DNA from: Chara braunii
Taxonomy: Eukaryota > Plantae > Charophyceae
Reading direction: 5' to 3'
Assembly: GCA_003427395.1 (NCBI GenBank)
Contig: BFEA01000034.1
Coordinates: 1,896,934-1,960,933, forward strand
Length of the DNA: 64,000 nucleotides
The notes beneath the pieces were generated by a model that did no database searches, was not told the DNA's origin, and saw only the letters and a list, made by a program, of their open reading frames with translations. Positions 47,831 through 60,780 of this stretch are shown piece after piece; position 1 is the first letter of the stretch; every line of letters starts with the position of its first letter. A program made the position numbers and the translations under genes.

Positions 47831-48907
47831 GAAACATGCACGTTGTCCTCGAAATCAGCACAGGAGAGTTGCAAGCCAGAGTGATAGTCATGGCAATTCA
47901 GAGTAATATTGTGGAAGACATGGACCGAAATGTCGAAACCTTGAAGGGTTTGGGTTGATGCGTATGGGATAGTGCGGACTCATTCCTTTTTTTTTTTTTT
48001 ACAAAAGGGGCCAGTGCCCAAGGCTGGTATTACAAATAAGAAGATTGTGGGTTGAGGCCGGGGTCCTCACAGTCTGCCCGGAGTAACCGAACGAAACTTG
48101 CTGAGAACCGGGCTCAGCGTCCCTCATGTGGTGATGATGATGATCCTGGATGATGCTAATGATGATGATGATTAGTATTCCATGCACAAGCACTAATCCG
48201 CACAAGGGTCATTGCTCATTTTCAATACGTTTTGTTTACCCTTGTCTGGTCCAGGGCAAAGTCTCCTCTTTTTTTTTTTTTTTTTTTTTTGACAAAGAGC
48301 CCGGGTTCCTACTAGGAGGGGTCATATGAGCAGCCCCCCCCACTAGGTCCCCCCGCTGCTCCATCTATCAGTGGGGAGCTGAACCTGCTGGAAACCGGGT
48401 CCAGCGTCCCATTTGAAGAAACTCCAGCAGGGTTAATTTTTTTACTCAGCTCATTTGATTACGCACACAAAATGGAGAGGTCGGGAATCCTCAACAAACA
48501 ACCCGGAAGAACAAGACAAAGACAATACTGGGACCTATACCCAGCTCAGGTGCAGGCGTCGGTGTACAATCCAGAGACAGAAATGGCCAAATCCAGACCA
48601 CTGTCCTGGGATAATAAAAGCTGCCACAGGCCTGAAACCGCCTCACAAATCACAACCACCAAAATAACTAGTGCCACAGGCTGGAGCCGCCGCACAAACC
48701 AAAAAACACAAGAATTAATAAATAGAGCCACTGGCCTGTTTTTATTTTGGTTTTTGTCTTTTTTAAACAGAAAGCTCCAATCTATTCGTGGGGAGCAACA
48801 CGTGCTGGGAACCGGGCCCAGCGTCCCATATAGAAATACACAAGTATTCAAGCACCGGGGCCATTACCCGGCTTCGGCTGAGAAAAACTCTAAGAACAAA
48901 CTTTGTC

Positions 48908-49872
48908 TTTTTTTTTAATACCACGCAGGAAGGCCAGTAGGAGCCACTGGGGCCCACCAGTGGAACCTCCTTCCGTCTCCTTACCTGCCCAAGAGCAATT
49001 TATGTTCAGACCAAGATTTCCGTCAAGGAGAGGTCATGGGGAGGGAAGGGGTCCGGGAAATTTGTGGGGGGGCGCAACGGAAAAAAGGGTTCCACGTAAA
49101 TCCAATCTTTGAACACCAACTTATAATCCCTCATATCTTCCAAAACCCATTGTCCGCCCTCTCTATCCACTCCCCATGTGACCTTTGCTACCCATCCTTC
49201 CGTTAATCCACCTAACCAATCCGTACAGAATGTTGTGATCGCTCTCCTGATGTCAGTGAGTTGTGTGAAAAGATCCAGTTGGGACTTCGTGTTGGACCAC
49301 TTCTGAATGAATGTCAGCTGTACTTGTTGTTGAATTTGTTCAGCGATTTCTGCCCCTTCTATCCTCACATTTTCTAGGGCCAAAGTGCACCTCTGCCACC
49401 AGAGAGCCCACATCACCGCCCTCCTGCCCACCTAGAACATGTTCTCAACAAAAGCCGAGCCTTCCTCTGCCTCAGGCCAATGGCCGACCAAGATGGCCCG
49501 CCATCACCATGGCCAGGGGATTTCAGCCCCCATCTTCCGCCAAATATGGTCCCACCATCTCCACGTATGTTGTGCTATTGGGCATTGCGTAAAAATATGC
49601 TCAATAGTCTTTGCCCTCTTGAGAGCGGGGAACATACGCAGACATCGATGACACAATGGCAGCGCCAGGCCTCGCTGCTCTAGATTGGTGCGGTCTATCA
49701 ATCAGTCGTTAGTGGGTAGGCAGTGGTGCACTATCTGCCACTGCAGGAAAGAGAGTTTTGCAGATTTTAATTTCTGGTCTCTGAACCAGCGGATCGGCCT
49801 CAGAAGGGAGCGATCCACATTGAGCTGGTTGGCCCAACGATCTATAATCACATCCCTCAGGCACCGTTTGGG
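48908..49872 (-). mobile_element. L1-clade LINE 3' fragment (zf-RVT), 5'-truncated or interrupted
   Basis: FLQWQIVHHCLPT..LCHRC..TIEHIFTQCPIAQHTW; WALWWQRC; short poly(A) at 48908-48916 (minus). Confidence 0.88.
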
Positions 49873-50833
49873 TGTGACGAACAATTTTCTGCGACCGTGC
49901 GACCTTCTGCGCAAGGCTACTTTGGGGGTTGAATCGGGATGGCCTGTTGGATTGCATGGGCGCCCTTGCTTTTCTTGTTTCTCGAAATTGAGGCCGGGAT
50001 AGTCCCACGAGGGTTGGTAGTTGATCGCGCCTTAGCGAGCGCGAAGGATAACTGTTGCCATAGCTTCTTTCTTGTTCTGCTGTGGGAAATGAGAATTTTG
50101 GTGCGATCATCGCGCGGGAAAATCTTTTTGAATTTTCAACTGATGTAGAACCCCCGTGGGCTCTCGGAATTTGCTTCGTTCGAAATGTCTTTTTGCAATT
50201 AGGATTTAGATTAGGAATTTGGGTGCATCTCAATTTCTGCTACACGGCGCTTCTTGCTTGCGCACGCTTTGCCGCGTCAGGATCTGTGCTCTGACTTTTC
50301 CGCGCCTTAATCTTGCGTGTAACTGTAATTTTTGTTTTGGTGGGCGTGATTGCAACTGCAATCCTCTTGTTCTTGATATCTTTTGTGGCGCCCCTGTGCG
50401 CGCGTACTTCTCCCCCTGTCATATTGGCCTGAATGCTTGCATGACCGGATCGATGTGTGGAGTGTGGCTACGTCCCCCACGCCGCGGCCTGGCCATGCAG
50501 ATATAGGCACTTCCTTCCTCCTCCTTCCTTCCCACTCAAGCACAACCCCGGGTATCTCGCGCAAGCATGCATGCTCTAAATTTCGCAAGCGCGATTAACT
50601 CGCTCTCTCAAAATTTTGGAGTTAGCGAGGTTGAGAGGATCGACTAACGAGCAAGAGTTGGAAGGTGAGTAGAGAGTTGGGCGATCCGACGGGTTGGTGC
50701 TGGGTATGTGGGATTGACTTGGGGCCGCGATAGACTGTGGCGCACGGGTGAACCTGGCTTGCATGCTCGAACTAAGCGGGGTGACAACTCTGTGTGGGTG
50801 CGAGGCGACGGACTGCCCGCATCGGGATGGTGT

Positions 50834-50897
<64 letters not shown>

Positions 50898-51848
50898 GGG
50901 ATGTGCTGTGATGGTGTTTCTCTTCTATTCTTCTTAGCAATTTTGGTATCTGGCGCAAGTCGCCCTTGTCCTTTTTGGATCGGCACCTCGGATTTTTCCT
51001 TTGTTTCTTCTCAGAGACTGATGTGTGATGGTCTCCCCCACTCCCCTTCTCTTTCTATTTGAATGGGCAAATCTGATTGGTTGGTCACCTGCGATGGAAT
51101 CTGGTGTGATCTCCAGGCCGATGGCCAAATAAGTGTTGCATAAGGATCATCGACTTCTTTTGTTTGTATGTGTGTGTGTGTGAAGCTGGATGTACAAATG
51201 TTTGGTGTGTTTCTGTCTGCGTATGGATTAGATAAGCATGCTAGATTATTATATGTTTGTCTCCCTATAGGATTATCCACCTTGTCAGCTCGCGCCTTCA
51301 CCCATCTGACCGAAGGACACGTCTTGTGCACGCACATGTAGGCCCGACCAAGGAAGGTCGCTACTTACACTCGTGTCTGCAAAACCTGTATTCGGCCCAA
51401 CTTCCCGAATAGCTGGCTTTCCACCCCGACTTGCAGTATGAATATCGAAATCCCCTCTCGTATCACTGACCGCAAGTGCTTGAGGGATCGGGAATTCCGG
51501 GAATATTGGGAACACTCTTGCTTGTCTGCACGATCAAGGGCGGAACCTCCAAAATTTCCTTATTTAACGGGGAACGAATGCGTTTGCGAGTGGGATATCG
51601 ATCAGGCCTTGGGACGTTGTCGGGCGGCTCAAACCTATCGCCGCCGTTTACTTCCTCTGAAAAAGTGAGCCTTAAGGACTAAAATTCAATTTCTGAGTGT
51701 GTTCGATCGGATTGAAGTTCGTGGTTGGAGCCGAGAAAGCGAGATTTATTATTTGAAAACGGAATCACAGAATGTCCGGACTGGCATACCGAAGGTGAGA
51801 CACATAACTAAACGAGGATGCTCGACGACTCAGTGAAACGTTGTCACA
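49873..51848 (+). mobile_element. Putative LTR (~2 kb) with internal (GA)n
   Basis: Begins TGTGACGAAC about where LINE homology ends and finishes GTTGTCACA (inverted termini); (GA)n at 50838-50893; no TSD or PBS found. Confidence 0.4.
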
Positions 51849-54605
51849 GAATTGAAGGGAAACGTGAAAGGGAGTAATTGGGACTCACTCGCGTTCGATT
51901 GGGAAAAAGGGTTATGCTTGTCCGTGGGTGTGCGGTCGCGGACCAAAGTGGACCGAGGAAACACGTTGCACCAGAGACTCGATCGAGGAAAGGCGGAAAG
52001 ACCGCTATGAGAAGGGAAACAAAGAACATCAGTGTTCGGACAATAGTTGCGGTGGGATGATTGATGGAGCTTCCAAATTGGCTGAGTGTCGGGCCGTTAG
52101 TAGGTTGGACTCGTTTGCAAGTGTGAAACGAAGAGGGCTGGGGAAATACTCGAGGCCCGGAGTAGCTTCGGTACCAGGCCGCTGCGAGTTCCCGACAGCA
52201 GGGCCTGTTTTGTCGCACTCATGCTTGTTCGGATGACGAAGTAGGCTCAAGCATTGGCTTGGGACTAGGCCCGGTACCGAGGCGGTGCAATCTTCGGGAC
52301 AGCGTGCCCGACTCTCGGTGGACCGGTGGCTACTGCTGATGGGGCCAACAAAGTACTTAAGCTGGACCGGGCCCGTTCTTGGGGGGAGGGCTGGGAAGGG
52401 ACACTTGTGCCGGCACACGGGAGTGCGCTGGTCCCTAGGCGCACAAGTCCCCGATCTCCGGGGATTGAGAACGCCCTGGGGATGGGCGTACAGGCGAGCG
52501 AACAGGTACATCTGGGGGAACGAGCGTGTGCTTTCAGGAAGGTGCTTACCTGGAGGAGGGGGCGGGCTTCGTTCATGCACGGGAGCTCAGGCTCGAAAAC
52601 GCACGAGACAAACGATCGAAGGGCGGGTTTGGATCACATGAGATGATCAAATCACGCATCAGCAGGGTTATGGAGGGGGCAGTGCATGAACTGGGATGAT
52701 GAGTCCCAGTTGAGGTTGAGACGCACTAAGGAGCGCTGGTGCACACATGTACACAAGGTATGCTCCTACTTTAATGCACCCTCCAGGGCAAGGAATCTGG
52801 TCAGGTTCACTCACGGGAGTTGCGGACAGCTTCCCACCCAATCAGCGGGAAGCAAATGACGCACGAACCAGTGCACAAGCAGGATTTCTTCCCGCGCAAA
52901 CGCATCAAAACCACATGACAGTGTGAACTAATCAACGCGCAGGGTGGTCCTCGTACGCAAAGAAACGAGCTTGATCAGGCGCACTGATCAAGTGGAAGTT
53001 AATCAGGTGCGCACGGACAATCGAGCTATCATGCAAGGGAAAGAGCTTGATCAGGCGCACTGATCAAGTGTGCGCAGACAATCAATCTACCAAGCGTGGG
53101 GGAGCTCTGCACTTACGGTAGTAGCACACGCACTAGCAGAGCCCGTGGCTGCGCGGGAGTAAGGAAAGGGCATGCTTGGGCAAACTAGTGTGGAACGGGG
53201 AAAAAAACAAGGTGTGTCTTCCTTGATGAACGCGCCCCTTCGGGTGAGTGTGGTCTGTTCGAGGAAAGCACCTGGATGCGTCTGTGCACTAGGTTCTTCT
53301 GTCTTTTTTTCGAGGGACAGTCACTCAAGTTCGGCGCGGCTACACTGTCAAGAGGGCGTACACACGTGAGAGAAAGAAAGAGGGGAAGAGAGAAAGCAAT
53401 CCATCTCAGGTGCGGACCAGGACCAGATCTCAATCAGATTCCACAGGGAGACGGTACCCAACTATCACCCAACGCAATCAGTGCTTGAAGTTCATTCGGT
53501 GCCTTGAGCATTGCTCATGAGTGCCTTGTCTAGCGGATTATAAGGTGCCTAATGAGCCAATGAACCTGGACCCTACAGTGCTTGAAGTTCATTCCGTATT
53601 AGACAGCAGTAGGAAGAGCAGGAGAGGACGAATGTATCATTGCATGCTCTACCTGCAGATCCATTTTGTTTTGTTACCGGGTGAGCAGTTGAGAGCCCCG
53701 ACGCAAGGAAAATAAATTTCTACGATATGCATCTTTCCATGTTCTAGCTGAAGATTCGTGCTGCTTTTCTCATCATGGCGCAGAAGGCCAAGTATGTGGC
53801 GGTGTATCCATCCACATCTTTGCTGAAGATCCCTTTTGTTCCACCTCATCAAGTGCGTAATTGCGCGGGTGGTCGAGCACTGATGATGTCAACAAGGCAC
53901 TGAACCTTCCCATATTCCTAGATATGGTCAATTAGCCGTGGAGACCGTCGTACCCTGTCAAGGAAGCCAAAATTTTTATATTACGAGAGTATGAATGGGT
54001 ACTGGATGTCTTGTAGGTGAACCCACACACGTGCCAGACAACCCACCATCCCCGCGCGGGAGAACAAGGCAACAGTGACCAGCGAGAGTTAATTGGCTTG
54101 AACTTGCGAATCTGATCATCTGCAGATTGCGCTTGTAATCCTACCAAAGGAAAAACGCATGAACGGGGACATTTACCTGGTCACATACATGCACAAAGCT
54201 CATGTACCCTGCAGGTGGCAACTGAGCCCTCACTCGCAGGGACTAGATCTCTTTCAATGATCTAATTGCATGGGAAAGGAGCGCGCATGTCGGGAGAGAC
54301 AGGGCATCTTTCCACATTTCAGTTGAAGATTCATATAGTGAGTGATCCAGCAGGCCGCAGCGCCCTCAACTTGTGTGCTTGCACACCACACACGCACACA
54401 CACGCACACGCAGACAGACATAGCGAGAGAGAGATCGATAGAGAGTCATACGTTCGCAAAGTGAGGGGTGAATGAACCTGGGCTGAGTTGTGCGCCAGAT
54501 CCATCCAACATAGCAGGAGAAAGGACAAGTGCAGAAGCGGTTATCGGGTAGCTGAAAATTCAGGAATGAAAATTATGAAGTGAGATTTTTGGNNNGNNTN
54601 NNANN

Positions 54606-54991
54606 CCTGAATGGTCCTGAAGTGGTGAAAGGTNCGAAGACCCTGAAAACCACCTGTTTAGGCAGGCTGCATCCTCAAGTGGTGAAGGGTGTCCTGAAGT
54701 GGTGATGAAAAATACGACTGTTGTCTGAAAATCCTGAATAATCCTGAAGTGGTGAAAGGTCCGAAGACCATGAAAACCACCCTTCACCACTTGAGGATGC
54801 AGCCTGCCTAAACAGGTGGTTTTCAGGGTCTTCGAANCTTTCACCACTTCAGGACCATTCAGGATTTTCAGACCTGAATGGTCCTGAAGTGGTGAAAGGT
54901 CCGAAGACCCTGAAAACCACCTGTTTAGGCAGGCTGCATCCTCAAGTGGTGAAGGGTGTCCTGAAGTGGTGATGAAAAATACGACTGTTGT
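54606..54991. repeat. Direct-inverted-direct fold-back repeat next to Ns
   Basis: 54606-54724 matches 54873-54991; 54779-54872 is an inverted copy; core motif CCTGAAGTGGTGA. Confidence 0.85.
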
Positions 54992-56489
54992 TAACCTTCT
55001 CTCGACAAGTGAAGAGAGAGAGAGGGAGAGGGAGGCTGCCGAGGGGAGGCAAAGGAGTGAATGGATCTGGCTCATGTGGCCGACCAGATTTGGTCCAAAA
55101 GTGTGGCGGCACATGGACACACTGACACAGACGAGCACAACAGCGAGCTTGAATGGACAAGGAAACAAAGAAGTGAAAAGAAATAGAGAGGGAGGAAGGA
55201 GAAACGGGCATTCTTCACTGGCTAGGCACGTGGTGAGACGGGAAAGGAGGAGCTACCCTACCACAGATTCTAAAATAAATTCGATGAATATTCACCTGTT
55301 AAAATAAGCAAATTCCCCATTTGCAACTAGATTTCTTGCGAATTCCGAAAATGTCCCTCGGTGAGGGCAGTTGGCTGTACTGATCAGAAGCTTTCTGAGA
55401 CGACCTCGTGATTGGGGTTTGGTAACACATGTCATTGAAAGTGGGACTCTGGGTCGGAGCGGGAGATGCTCTTCCGTTCCTTTTCAAGATTTTATCCATA
55501 AAATCTAATGAATTTATTTATTTATTTGGGGTCTCTCACCCAAACGGTTGAACCTTAGGTCTAGGCGAAAAAGGTCTGGTGAGGGTGCACATAGAAGGAG
55601 ACAGCCCTAGCAACTTGAAGTGTCAGCCAAAGTCTGGTCAGCGGTTCAGTGAGATGAACTAATTGCGGTGTCACAAATCTGAAAGTTACGGACCTGACCA
55701 ACAGCTACGGACTCTGTGCTACCAAGTTGTTAGCTAGTCTGCCTTGATCAGCACGCTGATGCAGCAAGCTAAAAACCAGTAAAGTCTGTTGTCACAACAG
55801 ACAGCGGCATGACAAGCTCAAAACCAGTAAAGTCTGTGGACACAACAGACAGTGGCAGGATACCAAAACATCAAGCATAGACTTCATGCAGACTCAGATC
55901 TCAGACTCAAGCTCGAGGACCGAGTTCACAACTGACAGCAAAACCAAGGTTAAATCAGCAACAGACTGGAGACTCACGATTGGATTCGGGGCGACCAACG
56001 GACTCAAACTTGAGTTTGACAACAGACCCTGAGATGAATTGGCGACACTTGTCAAACTTGGCAGTCCGATCGCTCTGAAAAACCGGACTCAATATCAAGG
56101 CCACAAATCCAATGGGAACGTACCGAGACAACGGACTCAACGAAGTACCAGACACAGAACCAGCGAAAACTAGACTCTGACCCGGCGACAAAACCTGCAG
56201 TCTAAAAAAAGAAGCGGAGTCGGGACTCAGACATGGGCGTGGTACACACACAACAAAGGCAGGCTACTACTGAGAACTCGACAAACAACAGCATACTCAA
56301 TGAAACTGTGAGGCGAACACACTCAACTACAGACGGACTCCTGTTTCAGCAAGCACAAAGTCAAACTGAAAAATCAGTACATCACAGACTCATAGTCAGA
56401 AACCCGGGCTCTTGTTCTGGAAGGACGGCCAAGGCTATGCTCAGCATAGCTTAGAAAATACCCCAGAGATTGAACACCGCTGAGCCACC

Positions 56490-56632
56490 GGATCTCGGAT
56501 ACAGAAAGCTGCGGCAGTGACACATCTCAAGGACTGCTGCAGCAACGGATCCCAGATACAGAAAGCTACAATAGTGTCACATCTCAAGGACTGTCGCAGC
56601 AGCGGATCTCGGATACCAAAGACTGCAGCAGC
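56490..56632. repeat. ~57-bp tandem repeat, 2.5 copies
   Basis: GGATCYCRGATACAGAAAGCT...CACATCTCAAGGACTG repeated. Confidence 0.85.
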
Positions 56633-56929
56633 GACGAAACCAAGCCGAGCACAACTCGGTCAACTGTAACTTTTCTGGTCCCGTTTTCGCAGAGAAGGTT
56701 GATTTGGTCGAAGCCCTTTTGCCCAGGTGGATTGCCGAATCATCGGCCAGAATGAGTACGAGACTCAGAGAGTTCTAAGGGGAGTGGCTTGGACTCGAAG
56801 GGTTAGTTGCAGACGACTTGGAATAAGCTGACGGTCTGACCTCGATGTTGCATTAGGTTTGCCACAACACAAGATAAGGCCGAACACTGTTGTTTCAGTG
56901 CATGCTGAGACAAACTCTCATGTCAAACT

Positions 56930-59375
56930 CGTTGTCATGTTCCTACTTGGGATGATGTTCCGGATGATCTTTCCCTTCATGTGCATGTGCTATTCATTAG
57001 TTTAGCCACTCATTGTCATGTTCATACTTAGTGTGATGATCCGGTTGATCTTCCCTTCATATGCATGTGCTTTTCATTAGTCTAGCCATCTCTTTGTCTT
57101 GTTCATACTTGGTGTGATGTACCGAATGATCTTCCCTTCATGTACATGTGCTTTTTATTAGTCTAGCCACTCATTGTCATGTTCATACTTAAGATGATGT
57201 TCTGGATGATCTTCCCTTCATGTACATGTGCTTTTCATTAGTCTAGCCACTCACTTGTCAAGTTCATGTTTGATGTGATGTTCCGGATCTTTACTTAGTC
57301 AATCTCTTCTCCTTGTGCATGTGCTTCCATTAGTCTAGCCTCCCATTGTCCAGTTCATGTTTGATGTGATGTTCCGGATCTTTACTTAGTTAGTCCTTTC
57401 TCTTTGTGCATGTGCTTCCAGTAGTCTAGCCTCTCCTTGTCAAGTTCATGTTCTGGATCTTTGCCTAGTTGATCCTTCTCTTTGTGCATTGTCAAGTTCA
57501 TGTTCCGGATCTTTGCTTAGTTGATCCCTTCTCTTTGTGCATTGTCAAGGTCATGTTCCGGATCTCTACTTAATTGGTCTCTTCTCTTTGTGCATGTGCT
57601 TCCACTAGTCTAGCCTCTCCTTGTAAAGTTCATGTTCCGGATCCCTACTTAATTGGTCTCTTTTCTTTGTGCATGTGCTTCCACTAGTCTAGCCTCTCCT
57701 TGTCAAGTTCATGTTCCGGATCTTTGCCTAGTTGATCCTTCTCTTTGTGCATTGTCAAGTTCATGTTCCGGATCGTTGCTTAGTTGATCCCTTCTCTTTG
57801 TGCATTGTCAAGTTCATGTTCCGGATCTCTACTTAATTGGTCTCTTCTCTTTGTGCATGTGCCTCCACTAGTCTAGCCTCTCCTTGTCAAGTTCATGTTT
57901 CGGGTCTTTGCCTAGTTGATCCTCTTCTCTTTGTGCATTTTCAAGTTCATGTTCCGGATCTTTGCTTGGCTGATCCCTTCTCTTTGTGCATTGTCAAGAT
58001 TATGTTCCGGATCTTTGCTTAGTTAGTCTCTTCTCTTTGTGCATGTGCTTACTTTAGTCTAGTCTCTCATTGTCAAGTTCATGTTCCGGATCTTTGCTTA
58101 GTTGATCTCTACTCCTTGTGCATGTACTTCCACTAGTCTAGTCTCTCATTGTCAAGTTCATGTTCCGGATCTTTGCTTAGTTGATCTCTTCTCTTTGTGC
58201 ATGTGCTTTCCACTAGTCTAGTCTTTCATTGTCAAGTTCATGTTTTGATGTGAAATTTCGGATCTTTACTTCACTGATCTCTATTCTTTGTGCATGTGTT
58301 TTCCACTAGTCTAGTCTCTCATTGTCAAGATCATGTTCCGGATCTTTGCTTAGTTGATCTCTTCTCTTTGTGTATGTACTTTCCGCTAGTCTAGTCTTTC
58401 ATTGTCAAGTTCATGTTTGATGTGATGTTCCGGATCTTTACCTAGTTAGTCTCTTCTCTTTGTGCATGTGCTTCCACTAGCCTAGCCTCTCATTGTCAAG
58501 TTCATGTTTGATGTGATGTTCCGGATCTTTACTTAATCGATCTCTTCTCTTTGTGCATATGCTTTCCACTAGTCTAGCCTCTCATTGTCAAGTTCATGTT
58601 GGATGTGATGTTCCGGATCGTTACCTAGTTGATCTCTTCCCCTTGTGCATGTGCTTCCACTAGTCTAGTCTCTCATTGTCAAGTTCATGTTAGATGTGAT
58701 GTTCCGGATCTTTACCTAGTTGATCTCTTCCCCTTGTGCATGTGCTTCCACTAGTCTAGTCTCTCATTGTCAAGTTCATGTTTGATGTGATGTTCCGGAT
58801 CTCTACTTAGTTAGTCTCTTCTCCTTGTGCATATACTTTCCACTAGTCTAGTCTCTCATTGTCAAGTTTATGTTTGATGTGGTGTCCCGGATCTTTACTT
58901 AGTTGATCTCTTCTCCTTGTGCATGTGCTTCCACTAGTCTAGCCTCTCCTTGTCAAGTTCATGTTTGGTGTTATGTTCTCTTCTCCTTTTGCATGTACTT
59001 TCCACAAATCTAGTCTCTCGTTGTCAAGTTTATGTTTGATGTGGTGTTCCGGAGCTTTACTTAGTTAGTCTCTTCTCCTTGTGCATGTGCTTCCACTAGT
59101 CTAGCCTCTCTTTGTCAAGTTCATGGCCCGGATCTTTGCTTAAGTGGTCTCTTCTCTTTGTGCATGTGTTTCCACTAGCCTAGTCTCTCATTGTCAAGTT
59201 CATGTTCCGGATCTTTACTTAATTGGTCTCTTCTCTTTGTGCATATGCTTTCCACTAGTCCAGTCTTTCATTGTCAAGTTCATGTTTGGTATGATGTTCC
59301 GGATCTTGTTTAGATAACCTTCTTCTCTATGAGCATGTGTTTTCCAATGGCCTAGCTTCTCATTGTCATATCATT
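56930..59375. repeat. Tandem satellite, ~55-92 bp unit variants, ~30 copies
   Basis: Unit TTGTCAAGTTCATG(TTTGATGTGATG)TTCCGGATCTTTACTTAGTTGATCTCTTCTCTTTGTGCAT(GTGCTTCCACTAGTCTAGYCTCTCA). Confidence 0.95.
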
Positions 59376-59469
59376 CCAGGATATACTTATTCAAATCTTT
59401 CACTATGGGGCGGGTGATCGACGTTTGGTTGCTACTACGGGAAGCAGATTTGATTAGGAGTTCTTCTTG

Positions 59470-59472
<3 letters not shown>

Positions 59473-59544
<72 letters not shown>

Positions 59545-60780
59545 TCTCCCCCTTTTCCTCCTTCCTCCTCTAGACCCCTCTTTCGCCCCCTCTTTATCAC
59601 CTTGTCTTCTCTCTCCCTCTCTCCAGTTCCCTCACTTGGCATATGACTGACCCCTTCTCCCCTCACTTGGAAACATTGCCAGGGTATAGACGGTAAACGA
59701 AATCAGACTTCACTTGGTGGAGAAAGAGGGCAAGGGGAGGATAGCCGGTCCCTTGTGCCACCAAGGAGGCAAAAGAGAAAGGACGTTTGAAAAAGTGGGA
59801 GAAAGGCGGAATCCGGAAGAGAACATAAGTTGAAAGTGAGGTCAGTTTGACTCAACCATTTCCCCGACTGCATGACTATGAGAAGAGAATGGGCTGACTA
59901 AGCAACAAGAGGGAACAAAGAGCGGCCAAATAATTTGAAAAGATAGGCATGTGAGAAGGGCTATGTGTTGACCCCCAACGGGGGATTGTATGGATTTTCG
60001 TGCTTGTGTGGGATTGTGTAGGTGAGTGATGGCTAGAAATGCCTTGAGCGGGATGGGGGCGAGAGGAACTGGGCACCAAGAGGGAAAGGGAAGAGGGATA
60101 AAGGGGCTATGGGACCCTTGACATAGAGCCAACCCATGGGAATGACTTTTGCGCTTAAAGACTTGGAATGTAAATGAGAGTGCAATCGTACCAAGGAAAA
60201 TGTGATGTTGTGTGTGCATGCATATGAGGACCCCGAAAAGATTAAGGGGCCTACTTCAATAAGGAAGAAAGCAAATTGTGAAACCCGATGGATGCGTAGA
60301 GGCGAGGGAGAGGACGGCTCCGCCGCACCCCGATGACACCATATAGCCACAATGCTTAGGGAAATGGTGTGTGGCCTAAGGATGACGCTTAGCCTACGCA
60401 CAAGAGAAGAGAAACACTCAAAGAATCCTTGGACTGCCTGCGCATTGGAAGGTGCAATTGCATGAGAACACAACAAAGAATAAAAAAAAATCAGCGTTGC
60501 GGAACGACCAGCGAGACTACCACCTGGCGTAAGGGTTGAGCTACATCCCCAATGTCAAAGCTCTCTCGCGCGATGGCCCACCCCCATCCATCTCAAAGCA
60601 CTAGGTGGGGTTGACCTCGGGACGAACAGCCCGCGCCCTGAGCATGAGCGTGGGCGGGCCGAGCCAACTGGGACCCGCAGTGGGGTCGACTAAGGCTCGA
60701 AAGTCTACCGGGGTTTGACCCTACAACGGGGTGGGTCTTAGAGCTGATTTCGCGTGCCGGCAGACCACTTCTTCCGACCG
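59473..60780 (-). mobile_element. Dispersed ~1.2-kb element, copy 2, with tRNA-like head and (GA)n tail
   Basis: Homologous to 4591-5856; the minus-strand 5' region has GTTGTAGGGTCAAACCCCGG (B-box-like). Confidence 0.7.

Noticed and set aside
53650-54200. Possible exon with splice-like sites on the minus strand
   Set aside because: All frames contain stops and no family was recognised.
54590-54991. Fold-back as a biological inversion switch
   Set aside because: Interspersed Ns and near-identical arms make a local misassembly equally likely.
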